64,000 bases of DNA from Octopus sinensis (lineage: Eukaryota): contig NC_043010.1 of assembly GCF_006345805.1 (NCBI RefSeq), positions 41,726,001-41,790,000 on the forward strand, written 5' to 3'. The notes beneath the pieces were generated by a model. The model was not told the origin of the DNA and made no database searches. It saw nothing but the letters and a program-made list of their open reading frames with translations. Of the stretch, positions 63,585-64,000 are shown in pieces. The position numbers and the translations under genes are program-made. The first letter of the stretch is position 1. Every line of letters begins with the position of its first letter.

Positions 63585-63790
63585 TAGTGAATCCAAACAT
63601 GAAAATACAAAGAGAAAGGACAACAACGCGAGGACGTGGAACAAGTATAGTGTTATTGGACGTCCAGGAAAGGAAAGAAAGGAGGATTTAACGTTTCGAG
63701 CGGAGCTCTTCATCAGAAACATAGGAAAAGGAAATCTCTAAGGAAGGGAAGACGGAGGAAAAAATCGCCAACGATACATACGCGGTCACA
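63585..63790 (-). mobile_element. ~200-nt hammerhead-containing mini-element inserted in a SINE microsatellite
   Basis: Shares aatgtgaccgcg..ttttcctatgtttctgatgaag with 18065-18168; flanked by (TA)/(CA) runs. Confidence 0.65.
63686..63725 (-). ncRNA. minimal type I hammerhead ribozyme motif (same family as 18131)
   Basis: The reverse complement is identical across the core: CTGATGAagagctccgctcGAAACgttaaat. Confidence 0.72.
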
Positions 63791-63792
63791 TT

Positions 63793-63825
<33 letters not shown>

Positions 63826-64000
63826 TATATATATACGACGGGCTTCTTTCAGTTTACGTCTACCAAATCCACTCACAAGGCTTTGGTCGGCCCGAAGCTA
63901 TAGTAGAAGACACTTGCCCAAAGTGCCACGCAGTGGGACTGAACCCGGAACCATGTGGTTGGTAAGCAAGCTACTTTATTTTTAAAACATTTGCCACAAA

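Larger units (their letters stand above)
63120..63975. repeat. tail-to-tail SINE A pair (63120-63330 plus; 63340-63975 minus)
   Basis: Family A matches; the minus copy hosts the hammerhead mini-element. Confidence 0.8.

Noticed and set aside
58300-64000. Second gene or prominin paralogue downstream
   Set aside because: No exon-like ORFs other than transposon-derived ones were found

Overview
Eukaryotic, repeat-dense genomic DNA with the hallmarks of an octopus or other coleoid cephalopod (tRNA-derived SINE families of the type known from Octopus, abundant TA/CA/ATT microsatellites). One protein-coding gene spans most of the window: a prominin (PROM1/CD133-family) gene on the + strand. I reconstructed 18 GT-AG exons by hand (5659-55985, consistent splice phases, about 752 codons including the stop); the N-terminal signal-peptide exon(s) were not found with confidence. 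The introns hold decayed R4/Dong-like, RTE and Tx1/L1-like LINEs, two mariner relics, Helitron-like elements, MITEs and many SINEs. The most notable items are: (i) two extremely AT-rich Penelope-like relics whose terminal repeats fold into hammerhead ribozyme motifs with an unusually long helix II; (ii) a separate ~200-nt mini-element carrying a minimal hammerhead, with one copy sense to the prominin pre-mRNA; (iii) SINE multimers with a recurring identical junction; (iv) a head-to-tail Tx1-like array; (v) a duplicated tRNA-like cassette bracketed by inverted repeats; (vi) several long fold-back structures. All assignments are by eye, and repeat boundaries are approximate.
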